Assembly: GCA_964504715.1 (NCBI GenBank)
Contig: CAZDEP010000001.1
Location: forward strand, 16,830 to 80,829
Direction of reading: 5' to 3'
Origin: an uncultured Candidatus Saccharibacteria bacterium
GTDB taxonomy: Bacteria; Patescibacteriota; Doudnabacteria; UBA920
Length of the DNA: 64,000 nt
The notes under the pieces are model-generated. The model saw only the letters and a program-made list of their open reading frames with translations, ran no database searches and was not told the origin of the DNA. The translations under genes and the position numbers were made by a program. This document shows positions 46,912 through 56,529 of this stretch, piece by piece; the stretch's first letter is position 1; each line of letters begins with the position of its first letter.

Positions 46912-46985
46912 TCTCTACGAACTACGAACTTTTTTACGAAATATACGAAACGGGATGTTCGTAAGTTCGCACTCAGTTCGTAGTT
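46903..46985. repeat. About 83-bp structured repeat, copy B (inverted copy of 45768-45850)
   Basis: tctctacgaactacgaac-ttttttacgaaatatacgaaacgggatgttcgtaagttcgcactca-gttcgtagttcgtag. Confidence 0.7.
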
Positions 46986-46999
46986 CGTAGAAAATCCAT

Positions 47000-47557
47000 A
47001 TGATCGACCAAATTATTAGCCAACACAAACCGGAATTTGAAAAAGTCATTGAGCATTTTTTGCACGAGCTGTCCGGCGTGCGCACAGGCCGGGCAAACCC
47101 TGCGCTCTTAAATACCGTGCAGGTGGAAAGCTACGGCTCGCGGATGCCCCTTGAACACGTGGCCTCCGTAACGGTATCGGACGCGAGGACTTTGGTAATC
47201 AGTCCGTGGGATAAAGGACAAATTCAGGCCATAGAAAAGGGTATTCAAATCGCGAATTTGGGTTTCAACCCATCGAATGACGGCGTGGTGATCCGCATAA
47301 CATTGCCCGCGCTTAACGAAGAACGCAGGAAAGAAATGGTAAAACTGGTGGGGCAGATTGCGGAAAAAGGCCGGATTGGCATTCGCAATGTCCGCGAATC
47401 CGCCATCAAAGAAATGAAAAAGGCGGAAAGCGACGGTAAAATTTCCAAAGACGATCTTACGGGCGGACAAAGGAAGCTGCAGGAAAGCGTGGACAGGTAT
47501 AATGAGGAAATAAAAAAGCACGCGGAGGGGAAAGAGAAGGAAGTAATGACCGTGTAA
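47000..47557 (+). CDS. frr: Ribosome recycling factor
   Basis: 185 aa; LSGVRTGRANPALLNTVQVESYGSRMPLEHVASVTVSDARTLVISPWDK is the RRF consensus. Confidence 0.9.
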   Translation: MIDQIISQHKPEFEKVIEHFLHELSGVRTGRANPALLNTVQVESYGSRMPLEHVASVTVSDARTLVISPWDKGQIQAIEKGIQIANLGFNPSNDGVVIRITLPALNEERRKEMVKLVGQIAEKGRIGIRNVRESAIKEMKKAESDGKISKDDLTGGQRKLQESVDRYNEEIKKHAEGKEKEVMTV

Positions 47558-47637
47558 GCAAGTATAATGTATAAAGTATTATGTATTATGCAAATTTTGC
47601 TCATACGTAATACGTTATACTAAATACGTTTTACATT

Positions 47638-48852
47638 ATGATTTCCACTGTAATTATCTTTATTATCATTTTAGGCCTGCTCGTGTTTGTGCATGAGTTT
47701 GGGCATTTTTACGCGGCCAAAAAAAGCGGGATGCGAGTTTTGGAATTTGGATTTGGGTTCCCGCCAAGATTGTTGGGGGCCCAGAAAGTGAATGGAAAAT
47801 GGCGGATCGTTTGGGGCCATAAAGATCCAACGCAATCAACCTCTCCCCATCCCTCCACACATCTTGCGGAGGGAGCAAGCCAAGGTGCATCCGTTGTTTC
47901 CTCCCCCTTGAGGGGGGAGGAAGGTGGGGGTGATGATAGCACTATATATTCCATAAATGCCATTCCTCTTGGCGGGTTTGTAAAAATTTGGGGTGAAAAC
48001 AACGAATACGAAAACGATCCGCGCTCATTCATTAGCCGCCCGTTTTGGAACAGGTTTGCCACGCTTGTTGCGGGCGTGGTAATGAACGTGGTGTTGGCGT
48101 GGGTTTTACTGTCGGCCGGATTTATGGCGGGGATGCCCACAGCCGTGGAAAGTTTGGAAAGTTTGCCTAAAAGCGCCACGCTGCTAAACCCGCATGTGGG
48201 AGTGTTGGAAGTTTTGGAAAAAAGTCCTGCGCAAGCGGCGGGCCTTATGCCTGACGATTTAATTTTGGGGGTGGATGGGCAAAAGTTTTATACTGCTTCG
48301 GGATTCCAAGAATACATTCGGGCAAACAAAGGCAAAGTTTTTGAATTTAATATCCAAAGGGGCGGTGAAGAAAAAACCATCAGAGTGGAATCGTTGGCCA
48401 ACCCGGGAGAAAACGAGGGGCCCACGGGCATTGCCATAGCCGATGTGGGAAATTTAAGGTTTACGCCTTTTTATGCCGTCATATATGGCGCCAAGGCCAC
48501 GGGCATCCAGCTGTATGGCATTGGCAAGGGCTTGGTTGGGCTTTTTGGTTCCGGTATGGGGCTTAAAGCCCTGGGCGGGCCCGTTAAAATTGCACAGGTT
48601 ACGGGGCGCGCCGCGGAAATGGGCTTTATTTATCTTTTGCAGTTTACTTCCTTCCTTTCGCTAAACTTGGCAATTTTGAATATTTTGCCTTTTCCCGCGC
48701 TCGACGGCGGCAGGGTTTTGTTTTTGATAATTGAAAAAATCCGCGGGGTAAGGAATAATCCCAAAGTTGAGCAAGCCTTCAACGCCGCCGGCTTTGCGCT
48801 CCTAATTTTACTGATGATTTTAGTGACAATTAAAGATGTGAGAGGAATATAA
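47638..48852 (+). CDS. rseP: RIP metalloprotease RseP (site-2 protease, M50) with a ~50-aa insertion after the HExxH helix
   Basis: HEFGHF zinc motif, a PDZ domain (GVLEVLEKSPAQAAGLMPDDLILGVDGQ), and LNILPFPALDGG. The insertion AQKVNGKWRIVWGHKD...SSPLRGEEGGGDD precedes the conserved IPLGGFVKI. Confidence 0.85.
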   Translation: MISTVIIFIIILGLLVFVHEFGHFYAAKKSGMRVLEFGFGFPPRLLGAQKVNGKWRIVWGHKDPTQSTSPHPSTHLAEGASQGASVVSSPLRGEEGGGDDSTIYSINAIPLGGFVKIWGENNEYENDPRSFISRPFWNRFATLVAGVVMNVVLAWVLLSAGFMAGMPTAVESLESLPKSATLLNPHVGVLEVLEKSPAQAAGLMPDDLILGVDGQKFYTASGFQEYIRANKGKVFEFNIQRGGEEKTIRVESLANPGENEGPTGIAIADVGNLRFTPFYAVIYGAKATGIQLYGIGKGLVGLFGSGMGLKALGGPVKIAQVTGRAAEMGFIYLLQFTSFLSLNLAILNILPFPALDGGRVLFLIIEKIRGVRNNPKVEQAFNAAGFALLILLMILVTIKDVRGI

Positions 48853-49674
48853 ATGGCGTCATGGGAGAAAAATCGCGGGTTTGAGCAGAGGAAGCAGGAT
48901 AAGGCATTTTTTAAGTCCGCCAATCCGGATTTTATGTCCGAGCCCGGCGTGGATAAAAATTTAACCCGCTTACCTCCCGGCAAAATTAGAAAGGAGCTGG
49001 AGTTTGACCATCCGGAACCCGAGGCCCAAACGGTTGGCTTGGACAGCCTCAAAGGAAAAGCGCGGGTGTATGAAGAAGAGGATAATTTTTTTCGAAAAAT
49101 TGATTCCGACTCCGTAAGACAAGCCATGGAGGCGATGCTGTTTGATCCTTTATTTAAGGAAATAATAAATCTTAAACTTCAAAATTATAAACTAAGCGAA
49201 ATTGCGGAATTGACAGCTGCAGGGAGCCGGCAAACACGGAAATCCGGAGCCCCTTTGAGCATGGAGAGAATAAGACAGATTGAGTCAATTGCAGTGCGCA
49301 AGTTAAGGCATTATTTTGAGTTTAAAAAATCGAAGCCGGTGATAAAAAAAGGCATAAATTTAAGTCCTGATGAGCTATTTTTGGTTTCCGAAAGATTGAT
49401 TGAAAATAGAAGGGGACTTCTTTTGGAAAGAGGGTTGGCGCTGCCCCATAGCGTGCTTGGCGGTTGGATACGATCCGCATTAATGACAGATGCATTGGTT
49501 ACCCATGAGGAGCGCGAAGTATTAAAGGCAATGTTTATAAAAAAGCAAACCGCTGACCAGATTGCAAAAAACATGCATTTATCCAGAAGTATTGTGCTGG
49601 ATTTGACCAATGTAGCATATAAAGGAATAAAAAATTCTTTAAAAGAAAAGTTAAAAGATTATAAACCATCATAG
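48853..49674 (+). CDS. Hypothetical protein with two sigma-70 region-4-like HTH segments
   Basis: LSEIAELTAAGSRQTRKSGAPLSMERIRQIESIAVRKLRH and TADQIAKNMHLSRSIVLDLTNVAYKGIKN resemble sigma70_r4 helix-turn-helix units. No region 2 is seen. Confidence 0.35.
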   Translation: MASWEKNRGFEQRKQDKAFFKSANPDFMSEPGVDKNLTRLPPGKIRKELEFDHPEPEAQTVGLDSLKGKARVYEEEDNFFRKIDSDSVRQAMEAMLFDPLFKEIINLKLQNYKLSEIAELTAAGSRQTRKSGAPLSMERIRQIESIAVRKLRHYFEFKKSKPVIKKGINLSPDELFLVSERLIENRRGLLLERGLALPHSVLGGWIRSALMTDALVTHEEREVLKAMFIKKQTADQIAKNMHLSRSIVLDLTNVAYKGIKNSLKEKLKDYKPS

Positions 49675-49677
49675 TAT

Positions 49678-50907
49678 ATGAGACAATCACATTATTTTTT
49701 AAAAACCAGCAAGACCCAGCCCGGGGAGGACCTTTCCACCAACGCGCGGCTTTTGGAGCAGGGCGGTTTTGTCCAAAAAGTTTTGGCGGGCGTTTATGAT
49801 TTTTTGCCTTTGGGCTTAAGGGTCCTTTCGCGCATTGAAAATATTGTCAGGCAGGAAATGGACAAAATCGGAAGCGAAATGTTTATGCCTGTTTTGCATC
49901 CGAAAGAAAATTGGCAGGCTACGGGCCGGTGGACGGGATTGGACGTGCTTTTTAAAATCAAATCCCAGCATGGCAGCGAATACGCCATGGGGCCTACCCA
50001 CGAAGAAATAGTCACGCCGGCGGCCCAAGCCGTAATATCTTCTTATAAAGATTTGCCTTTGGCTGTGTATCAGATCCAAACCAAATTCCGGGACGAACCT
50101 CGGGCAAAGTCCGGCCTTATGCGCGGCAGGGAATTTAGGATGAAAGACCTGTACAGCTTCCATGCGACCGCAGAGGATTTGGAAAACTATTATACCAACG
50201 TGGCCATGCCGGCTTACGAAAAAATATTTAAGCGGTTGGGCTTAAACGCTTTGCTGACGGAGGCTTCCGGCGGGACATTTTCCAAATTTTCCCACGAATA
50301 CCAGGTAGAAATTCCAAGCGGGGAAGACACGATTTACATATGCGAAAAATGCAATTTAGCCAAGAACAAAGAGATTTTTGAAGCAGGTGTAAAGTGTTCG
50401 GCCTGCGGCAGCGACAAATATAGGGAAACCAAAGCGTCGGAAGTGGGCAATATTTTTAAATTGCAGAATAAGTATTCTTCGGCTTTTAATTTGCAGTTTA
50501 CGGACAAGGACGGTTCCAAAAAGCCTGTGCTTATGGGCTGTTATGGGATAGGCACCAGCCGGCTTATGGGCGTAAGCGTGGAAAAATACCACGACGAAAA
50601 GGGCATAATTTGGCCCGAGGCCATTGCTCCTTTTAAGGTGCATCTTTTGGCGCTTAAAGGCGGGGAAAAAGCGGCCGATGAGTTGTATGAGGCTTTATTA
50701 AAGACGGGAATTGAAGTATTATATGACGACAGGGAAGCCAGCGCCGGGGTGAAGTTTGCGGATGCGGATTTAATAGGCATACCTTACAGGGTACTGGTCA
50801 GCGAAAAGACCCTCAAAGAGGAGAGTGTGGAGGTGAAAAAAAGGAGCGAGGAAAAAACAAAATTAGTTAAAATAAAAGATGTTTTACCAATTTTCCAGAA
50901 CAAATAA
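49678..50907 (+). CDS. proS: Prolyl-tRNA synthetase (short class II form lacking the bacterial editing domain)
   Basis: Class II motifs, an N-terminal pattern (FLKTSKTQPGEDLSTNARLLEQGGFVQKVLAGVYDFLPLGLRV) that reads as ProRS-like by recall, a zinc-binding insertion CEKCN...CSACG, and a C-terminal anticodon-binding domain. Confidence 0.8.
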   Translation: MRQSHYFLKTSKTQPGEDLSTNARLLEQGGFVQKVLAGVYDFLPLGLRVLSRIENIVRQEMDKIGSEMFMPVLHPKENWQATGRWTGLDVLFKIKSQHGSEYAMGPTHEEIVTPAAQAVISSYKDLPLAVYQIQTKFRDEPRAKSGLMRGREFRMKDLYSFHATAEDLENYYTNVAMPAYEKIFKRLGLNALLTEASGGTFSKFSHEYQVEIPSGEDTIYICEKCNLAKNKEIFEAGVKCSACGSDKYRETKASEVGNIFKLQNKYSSAFNLQFTDKDGSKKPVLMGCYGIGTSRLMGVSVEKYHDEKGIIWPEAIAPFKVHLLALKGGEKAADELYEALLKTGIEVLYDDREASAGVKFADADLIGIPYRVLVSEKTLKEESVEVKKRSEEKTKLVKIKDVLPIFQNK

Positions 50908-51033
50908 TTTTCAATTTGTAATTTTCAATTTTCAGTCAGTTTTCAATTTAAAATTTTTTTACTTTGGATCATTCATTGAAAATTAGAAAATAAAAATTGA
51001 AAATTTAGAGACCCTGGTCTTAAATTTTCAATT

Positions 51034-52086
51034 ATGTTTGACAGATTATACCAACGTTTCAGTAAAGACATCGGCATAGATTTGGGCACGGCCAATACCC
51101 TCGTTTACGTAAAAGACAAGGGCATTGTTATTAATGAGCCGAGCGTGGTGGCTTTAAACACCCGCACCAAGCAAATATTGGCTATTGGCAATGAAGCCAA
51201 GCGCATGGTGGGCAGGACGCCGCCGCACATTGTCGCCAGCCGGCCTTTGGTGGACGGCGTAATTTCGGATTTTGAAATTACCGAGTCGATGCTGAGATAT
51301 TTTATTGACAAGGTCCATAACCAAACCTTTACTTTTTTGCGGCGCCCGCGCGTGGTTATTGGCATTCCTTCGGGCGTGACGGAAGTGGAAAAGCGCGCGG
51401 TGGTTGATGCGGCCATAAACGCCGGCGCTTCCCGCGCGTATTTAATAGAAGAGCCTATGGCAGCCGCCATGGGCGCGCGCCTGCCCGTGCAGGACCCTCA
51501 AGGTTCCATGATTGTGGACATTGGCGGCGGCACGACCGAGATTGCACTTATTTCTTTGGGCGGCATTGTTATTTCCCGCTCTTTGCGGGTCGCAGGCGAT
51601 GAAATGAATGAAAATATTATCCAATACGCGAGGGATAATTTTAATTTGCTTATAGGCGAACGGACGGCGGAAGAAGTAAAAATGCAAATTGGCAGCGCGT
51701 ACTTTTTGGAAGAGCCGCTGCATACGCAAATCCGCGGACGCGATTTGCTAACCGGCCTGCCCAAGGAAATTACGGTTTCGGATGTGGAAGTCCGCGAAGC
51801 GCTCATGCCTTCCTTAAAAGTGATTGTCAATGCGGTAAAGTCGGTGGTGGAAGAAATACCGCCGGAGCTGACTTCAGATATAATGAAAAAAGGCATAATT
51901 TTTGCAGGCGGCGGCGCACTGCTTAGGGGTTTGGACAAATTGGTTTCGGAGGCCACTGCCATGCCTGTGGAAATTGCGGAAGACCCTTTAACCTGCGTGG
52001 CCAGAGGCGCGGGCGTGGTCGTGGAAGATTTGGAAACTCTAAAAGACGTGCTTTTGCCCATGGATTTTGGAAAAATTCCGAGATAG
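51034..52086 (+). CDS. mreB: Rod shape-determining protein MreB (actin homolog)
   Basis: DIGIDLGTANTLVYV (phosphate 1), DIGGGTTEIA (phosphate 2), and the overall actin/Hsp70 fold motifs. Confidence 0.9.
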   Translation: MFDRLYQRFSKDIGIDLGTANTLVYVKDKGIVINEPSVVALNTRTKQILAIGNEAKRMVGRTPPHIVASRPLVDGVISDFEITESMLRYFIDKVHNQTFTFLRRPRVVIGIPSGVTEVEKRAVVDAAINAGASRAYLIEEPMAAAMGARLPVQDPQGSMIVDIGGGTTEIALISLGGIVISRSLRVAGDEMNENIIQYARDNFNLLIGERTAEEVKMQIGSAYFLEEPLHTQIRGRDLLTGLPKEITVSDVEVREALMPSLKVIVNAVKSVVEEIPPELTSDIMKKGIIFAGGGALLRGLDKLVSEATAMPVEIAEDPLTCVARGAGVVVEDLETLKDVLLPMDFGKIPR

Positions 52087-52156
52087 TTCGCAAATGCACG
52101 AATAAATACAAATAGCACAAATAAAAAATTGCGGAATTTGTGATATTTGTGAATTA

Positions 52157-52963
52157 GTGATTGTTATGCGTTTTATATATACCAAAGTTTTCGGAGTATT
52201 TTTTGGGATTCTGGTTTTGGCCACCCTGCTGGTTTACTTCCATTACAACGGCTGGTTGGGGGTTTTCCAGAGGTTCGCGCTCCAGGCGCCGCGTCCCGTC
52301 AGCTTTTTGGTGCGAAAAACCACTTCGCCCATAAAAAGTTTTTTTTCCAATGCTTACAATCTGCGCGAAATTGTGAGGCAAAATACCAAACTTTCCGACC
52401 AGGTAAGGGCCTTGCAGGCCAAGCAGGTGTTGTTTGACCAGTACGAACAGGAAAACCAATCATTAAGGCAGGAATTGCAGTTTGCAAAAACCAGCAAACT
52501 GTCGCTGCAATTGTGCGGAGTGATGGGCAGGAACCCCACCGGCATAATAGACACTATTACCATAAACTGCGGCGCGAAACAGGGGGCGGAACCCGGCCGC
52601 GCGGTGATTTCCAAAGGCTTTTTGGTCGGCAAAATCACTTACGCTGCCGAAGATTTAAGCACAGTGCAGTTAATTACCAACGCCAGTTTTTCGGTTGACG
52701 CCAAAATCAGCCAAAGCGGGCGTTTGGCCATTGGCCGCGGATCTTACGATTCGGGGCTGGTGTTGGACCAAATTTCCCAGGACGAGCCCCTGGAACGCGG
52801 CATGCTAGTAGTGACGGCGGGGGTGAATGACAAGGTGGTGAAGAATTTGTTGATTGGGGAAGTGGGCGAAGTCATTTCCGGTCCCAACGACCTGTTTAAA
52901 AAAACCACGCTTATTAGTCCTGTGGATTTTGGTGATTTGGAATTCGTGTTTTTGGTTAAATGA
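52157..52963 (+). CDS. mreC: Rod shape-determining protein MreC
   Basis: N-terminal TM helix, a coiled coil (LRQELQFAK), and the C-terminal beta domain ...GLVLDQISQDEPLERGMLVVTAG. Position is between mreB and mreD. Confidence 0.75.
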   Translation: MIVMRFIYTKVFGVFFGILVLATLLVYFHYNGWLGVFQRFALQAPRPVSFLVRKTTSPIKSFFSNAYNLREIVRQNTKLSDQVRALQAKQVLFDQYEQENQSLRQELQFAKTSKLSLQLCGVMGRNPTGIIDTITINCGAKQGAEPGRAVISKGFLVGKITYAAEDLSTVQLITNASFSVDAKISQSGRLAIGRGSYDSGLVLDQISQDEPLERGMLVVTAGVNDKVVKNLLIGEVGEVISGPNDLFKKTTLISPVDFGDLEFVFLVK

Positions 52964-53017
52964 TTACGAAATGCGCAATTTTCGGATCGACCCGTCTAAA
53001 AAGGCATTCTTGATATT

Positions 53018-53545
53018 ATGAAATATTTTATTTATTTAGCTTTATTAATTATCCTGCTGGCTTTAAACAGTGAGTTTGCGGCCATTTTTTTTAGCCTGCC
53101 GATTCGGCTGAATTTGTTGCTTTTGCCGGTGGTTTTTTCCGCCCTTGACACCAGCCAGCATGATTATTTGTTTTTGGCATTTGCCGCGGGCTTGTTGCTG
53201 GATTTTTATAATGCTTCGCCTTTTGGCGTTTGGCTTTTTAGTTTTTTACTGGTCGGGGCATTTTTAAGCTGGATTGCGAAAACTTTTTTGGTGTATAAGT
53301 TGGACTTAAAAATTTTGCCGGTTTTGGTTTTGGTTGCTTTCGCGTGTATGGAGGTAATGGTGATATTTTTTTCCAAAATTTTTCCCGGACATGAGAATTT
53401 TAGATTTGAAGTTTACGGTGCTTTAAAAAAGTCGGCCTTAACCGCGCCGGTGGAAATGGCGCTTGCGCTGCCTGCCTATTTTTTGTGGGCGTGGATATTA
53501 AGGCAAATCGCCAAAACCGAAGTTAAGAAATTGACATTGAAATGA
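53018..53545 (+). CDS. mreD: Rod shape-determining protein MreD (polytopic membrane)
   Basis: 175 aa with about 5 TM helices, located between mreC and the PBP2 gene; no strong motif. Confidence 0.55.
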   Translation: MKYFIYLALLIILLALNSEFAAIFFSLPIRLNLLLLPVVFSALDTSQHDYLFLAFAAGLLLDFYNASPFGVWLFSFLLVGAFLSWIAKTFLVYKLDLKILPVLVLVAFACMEVMVIFFSKIFPGHENFRFEVYGALKKSALTAPVEMALALPAYFLWAWILRQIAKTEVKKLTLK

Positions 53546-55500
53546 TCCCTAAAAAAAACCCTTTTGAGATCGATTTGGAGCAGGGGCCGATCCAAAACCG
53601 GCGGCCTTTGGAATGGGAAGAATCGGCCGTGGATTCCTTAAGCAAGGTGGAAGGGTTTTCGCAAAAAAATCTTTTAAAAACTTCATTTTGGCCGGGCTGG
53701 TTTTTAGTCCTTTCGTTTGCGGCCATATTTTGCCGCGTGTTTTATCTTTCCGCCGTAAAAGGTGAATACTTTAAGGGTGTTTCCGAGAACAACCGTTTAA
53801 GGAAGCAGATTGTTTTGGCGCCGAGGGGGATTATAAAAGACAGAAACGGACAGGTGTTGGCAAAAAATACCGCCAGCTATAACTTAGTGGCCATTCCTTT
53901 TGATTTGCCCCGCAAAGGTTTAAAGGAACAGTTAGAGACATTAAGCACCGTTGTGAAGATAGACGTGGAAGGAACGCTAAAAAAAATATCCAGTGTCAAT
54001 CAAACTTCGGTGGACCCGGTTGTAATTAAACAGGATGTGCCGCAGGAGCAAAGCGTGCTTTTTGAAACCCGGGCTTCGGAATTTATCGGCTTTTCCATCC
54101 AGCAGGTGCCGGTGAGGGACTATGCCAATCCGGAAGCTTATTTCCACATATTGGGTTACGCCGGCGTTATAAGCGCAGACGAATTAAAAGTTTTGGATCC
54201 GACGGTCTATAGCGGCCTCGATTTTTTGGGCAGGGCCGGGGTGGAACAAATGTACGAGAATTATTTGCACGGCGTAAACGGTTTTAGCCAAATTGAAATA
54301 GATGCCAAAGGAAATTTATTAAGCAACCTTGGGACCCAGGCCCCCAGCGCCGGCAATACCGCCGTGCTGAATTTGGACAAGGATTTGCAGGACTTGCTTT
54401 ATAAGCTATTAAAAAATTCCCCGGGCGGAAAAAAATCCGCCGCAGTGGCCATGAACCCCAAAACGGGGGAAGTCCTGGCGCTTTTAAGTTTGCCGGGCTT
54501 GGACGGCTCCAAGTTTGAGAGAGGATTCAGCGGGGAGGAATATTCCAAAATATTGAACGACCCGGCTTTACCCCTTTTTAACCGCGCCATCTTGGGAACT
54601 TACCCGCCCGGCTCCACCGTTAAGCCTATGGTGGGCGCCGCGGCTCTCCAGGAAGGCGTAATTTCCGACCGGACGGTCTATAACGACCGCGGCGTGCTGG
54701 TCATTCCAAACCAATACGACCCCAGCATTAATTATAATTTTTACGGTTGGAAACGCACCGGTTTGGGCAAGGTTGATGTCAGGCAGGCAATCGCCAAAAG
54801 CAGCGACATCTTTTTTTATTTAGTGTCGGGCGGGTATCCCCAAGGGGATGTGACAGGTTTGGGTATAGACAAGCTGGCGGCTTATTACCGAAAGTTTAAT
54901 TTGGGCAAACCAACGGGCATAGACCTGCCGGGGGAAAAGCCGGGCCTGGTTCCCGATCCGGAATGGAAAAAAAACTACTTTAAAGACGACCCCATTTTGA
55001 GCAAATGGTATTTGGGCGACACCTACCATGTGGGCATTGGCCAGGGGGATTTATTGGTTACGCCGCTCCAGGTTGCGCTGTGGACGTCCACCATTGCCAA
55101 TCGCGGCGTGGGCTTCCAGCCGCAAGTTTTAAAAAAGGTTTTAAAAGGGGATACGCAAGAAGTTTTGTTTGAACAAAAGCCGCAGGTGCTCATAAGCCGC
55201 TTTATTGACCTGAAAAATATTAAAATTGTGCAGGAAGGCATGAGGGAAACCGTGGTCGGCGGGACGGCGCGGTCTTTAAGCACCCTGCCCATTGCGGCGG
55301 CGGGCAAGACCGGCACGTCGCAGTTTGACGGCGCGGACCCAAAAAGGACACACGCCTGGTTTACCGCTTACGCGCCTTACGAAGATCCCCAAATCGCAAT
55401 TACCGTGCTGGTGGAAGCGGGCGGCGAAGGCAGCAGCGTTTCCGTGCCGGTAGTTAAGGAGGCCTTAAAATGGTGGGCGGAGAATAGATATGGGAAGTAA
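53542..55500 (+). CDS. mrdA: Penicillin-binding protein 2 (elongasome transpeptidase)
   Basis: N-terminal TM helix, PBP dimerisation domain, and transpeptidase motifs STVKP (SxxK), the SxN region, and KTGT (AGKTGTSQ). Confidence 0.85.
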   Translation: MIPKKNPFEIDLEQGPIQNRRPLEWEESAVDSLSKVEGFSQKNLLKTSFWPGWFLVLSFAAIFCRVFYLSAVKGEYFKGVSENNRLRKQIVLAPRGIIKDRNGQVLAKNTASYNLVAIPFDLPRKGLKEQLETLSTVVKIDVEGTLKKISSVNQTSVDPVVIKQDVPQEQSVLFETRASEFIGFSIQQVPVRDYANPEAYFHILGYAGVISADELKVLDPTVYSGLDFLGRAGVEQMYENYLHGVNGFSQIEIDAKGNLLSNLGTQAPSAGNTAVLNLDKDLQDLLYKLLKNSPGGKKSAAVAMNPKTGEVLALLSLPGLDGSKFERGFSGEEYSKILNDPALPLFNRAILGTYPPGSTVKPMVGAAALQEGVISDRTVYNDRGVLVIPNQYDPSINYNFYGWKRTGLGKVDVRQAIAKSSDIFFYLVSGGYPQGDVTGLGIDKLAAYYRKFNLGKPTGIDLPGEKPGLVPDPEWKKNYFKDDPILSKWYLGDTYHVGIGQGDLLVTPLQVALWTSTIANRGVGFQPQVLKKVLKGDTQEVLFEQKPQVLISRFIDLKNIKIVQEGMRETVVGGTARSLSTLPIAAAGKTGTSQFDGADPKRTHAWFTAYAPYEDPQIAITVLVEAGGEGSSVSVPVVKEALKWWAENRYGK

Positions 55501-55689
55501 GTGGATAATATTGGCATAATTGAACAAAATTGACAAAAATAATAAAAATGACAAAAATAAAGATAATAGGATCCAAATTTCAAATATCAAATTACCAATT
55601 TCAAATAAATTTTTAAATGGCTTAATGTCAGAAATTGGAAATTTAAGAATTAAAATTTTTTTGGAATTTGATATTTGTAATTTGAAATT

Positions 55690-56523
55690 ATGCAAATCAT
55701 CGACGGCAGGAAAATTGCTTCGGAAATCATCAAAAATCTTAAATCAGAAGTGGCAGCGTTGCCCTTTAAGCCTGTGTTTTGCGATATTTTGGTGGGCAAC
55801 GACCCGGTGTCCGCGCAATATGTTAATTTAAAAGCCAAAAAAGCGGGCGAAGCGGGCATGGAATTTTTGCAGGCAAACTTTAACGCCGGGATTACTACGG
55901 AAGAACTTGTTAATGAAATAAAAAAGTTAAACCAAATACCCCGCATGGCGGGCTTAATAGTCCAGTTGCCTTTGCCGGAAAATTTGGACCGGCGGCGGGT
56001 TTTAGACAGTATAGATTTTTCTATTGACGTAGACTGCATGGGCGGTAAAAGGAGCGGCGAATTTTATAATGGAAATTTGGAAATTGTTCCTCCCACCTCA
56101 GCTGCGGTTATGGCAATTCTTGACTCCTTAAATTTAGATTTACACCAACATTCGCTTGTGGTTGTGGGCAAGGGAGAACTGGTTGGCAAGCCCGTAAAGT
56201 TCCTTTTGGAGCAGAGGGGTTTAAAGGTCAGTCTAATAGACCGAAGTACCCTAAAGCCCGAAGAAGTTATGCGGCAGGCAGACGTGATAATTTCGGCAAC
56301 CGGCAAGCCTAAACTAATTCAAGGCAATATGATTAAACCCGGTTCGGTTGTAATTGACGCCGGAACCGCGGAAGACGGCGGCCAAATAGTGGGGGATGTG
56401 GATTTGGAAAGCGTAAAAGAAGTGGCAGGTTTTGTTTCGCCGGTGCCCGGCGGCGTGGGTCCTGTCACGGTTGCGTGTCTGCTTCAAAACGTTTTAAAAG
56501 TTGCGGGTAAACTTTTGGTTTAA
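55690..56523 (+). CDS. folD: Bifunctional methylenetetrahydrofolate dehydrogenase/cyclohydrolase FolD
   Basis: The LVGNDPVSAQYVNLKAKK pattern is read as FolD-like, together with a Rossmann-fold GxGxxVG segment (VVVGKGELVGKP), PGGVGPVTVACLLQN, and the 277-aa length. Confidence 0.9.
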   Translation: MQIIDGRKIASEIIKNLKSEVAALPFKPVFCDILVGNDPVSAQYVNLKAKKAGEAGMEFLQANFNAGITTEELVNEIKKLNQIPRMAGLIVQLPLPENLDRRRVLDSIDFSIDVDCMGGKRSGEFYNGNLEIVPPTSAAVMAILDSLNLDLHQHSLVVVGKGELVGKPVKFLLEQRGLKVSLIDRSTLKPEEVMRQADVIISATGKPKLIQGNMIKPGSVVIDAGTAEDGGQIVGDVDLESVKEVAGFVSPVPGGVGPVTVACLLQNVLKVAGKLLV

Positions 56524-56529
56524 CCTGCT

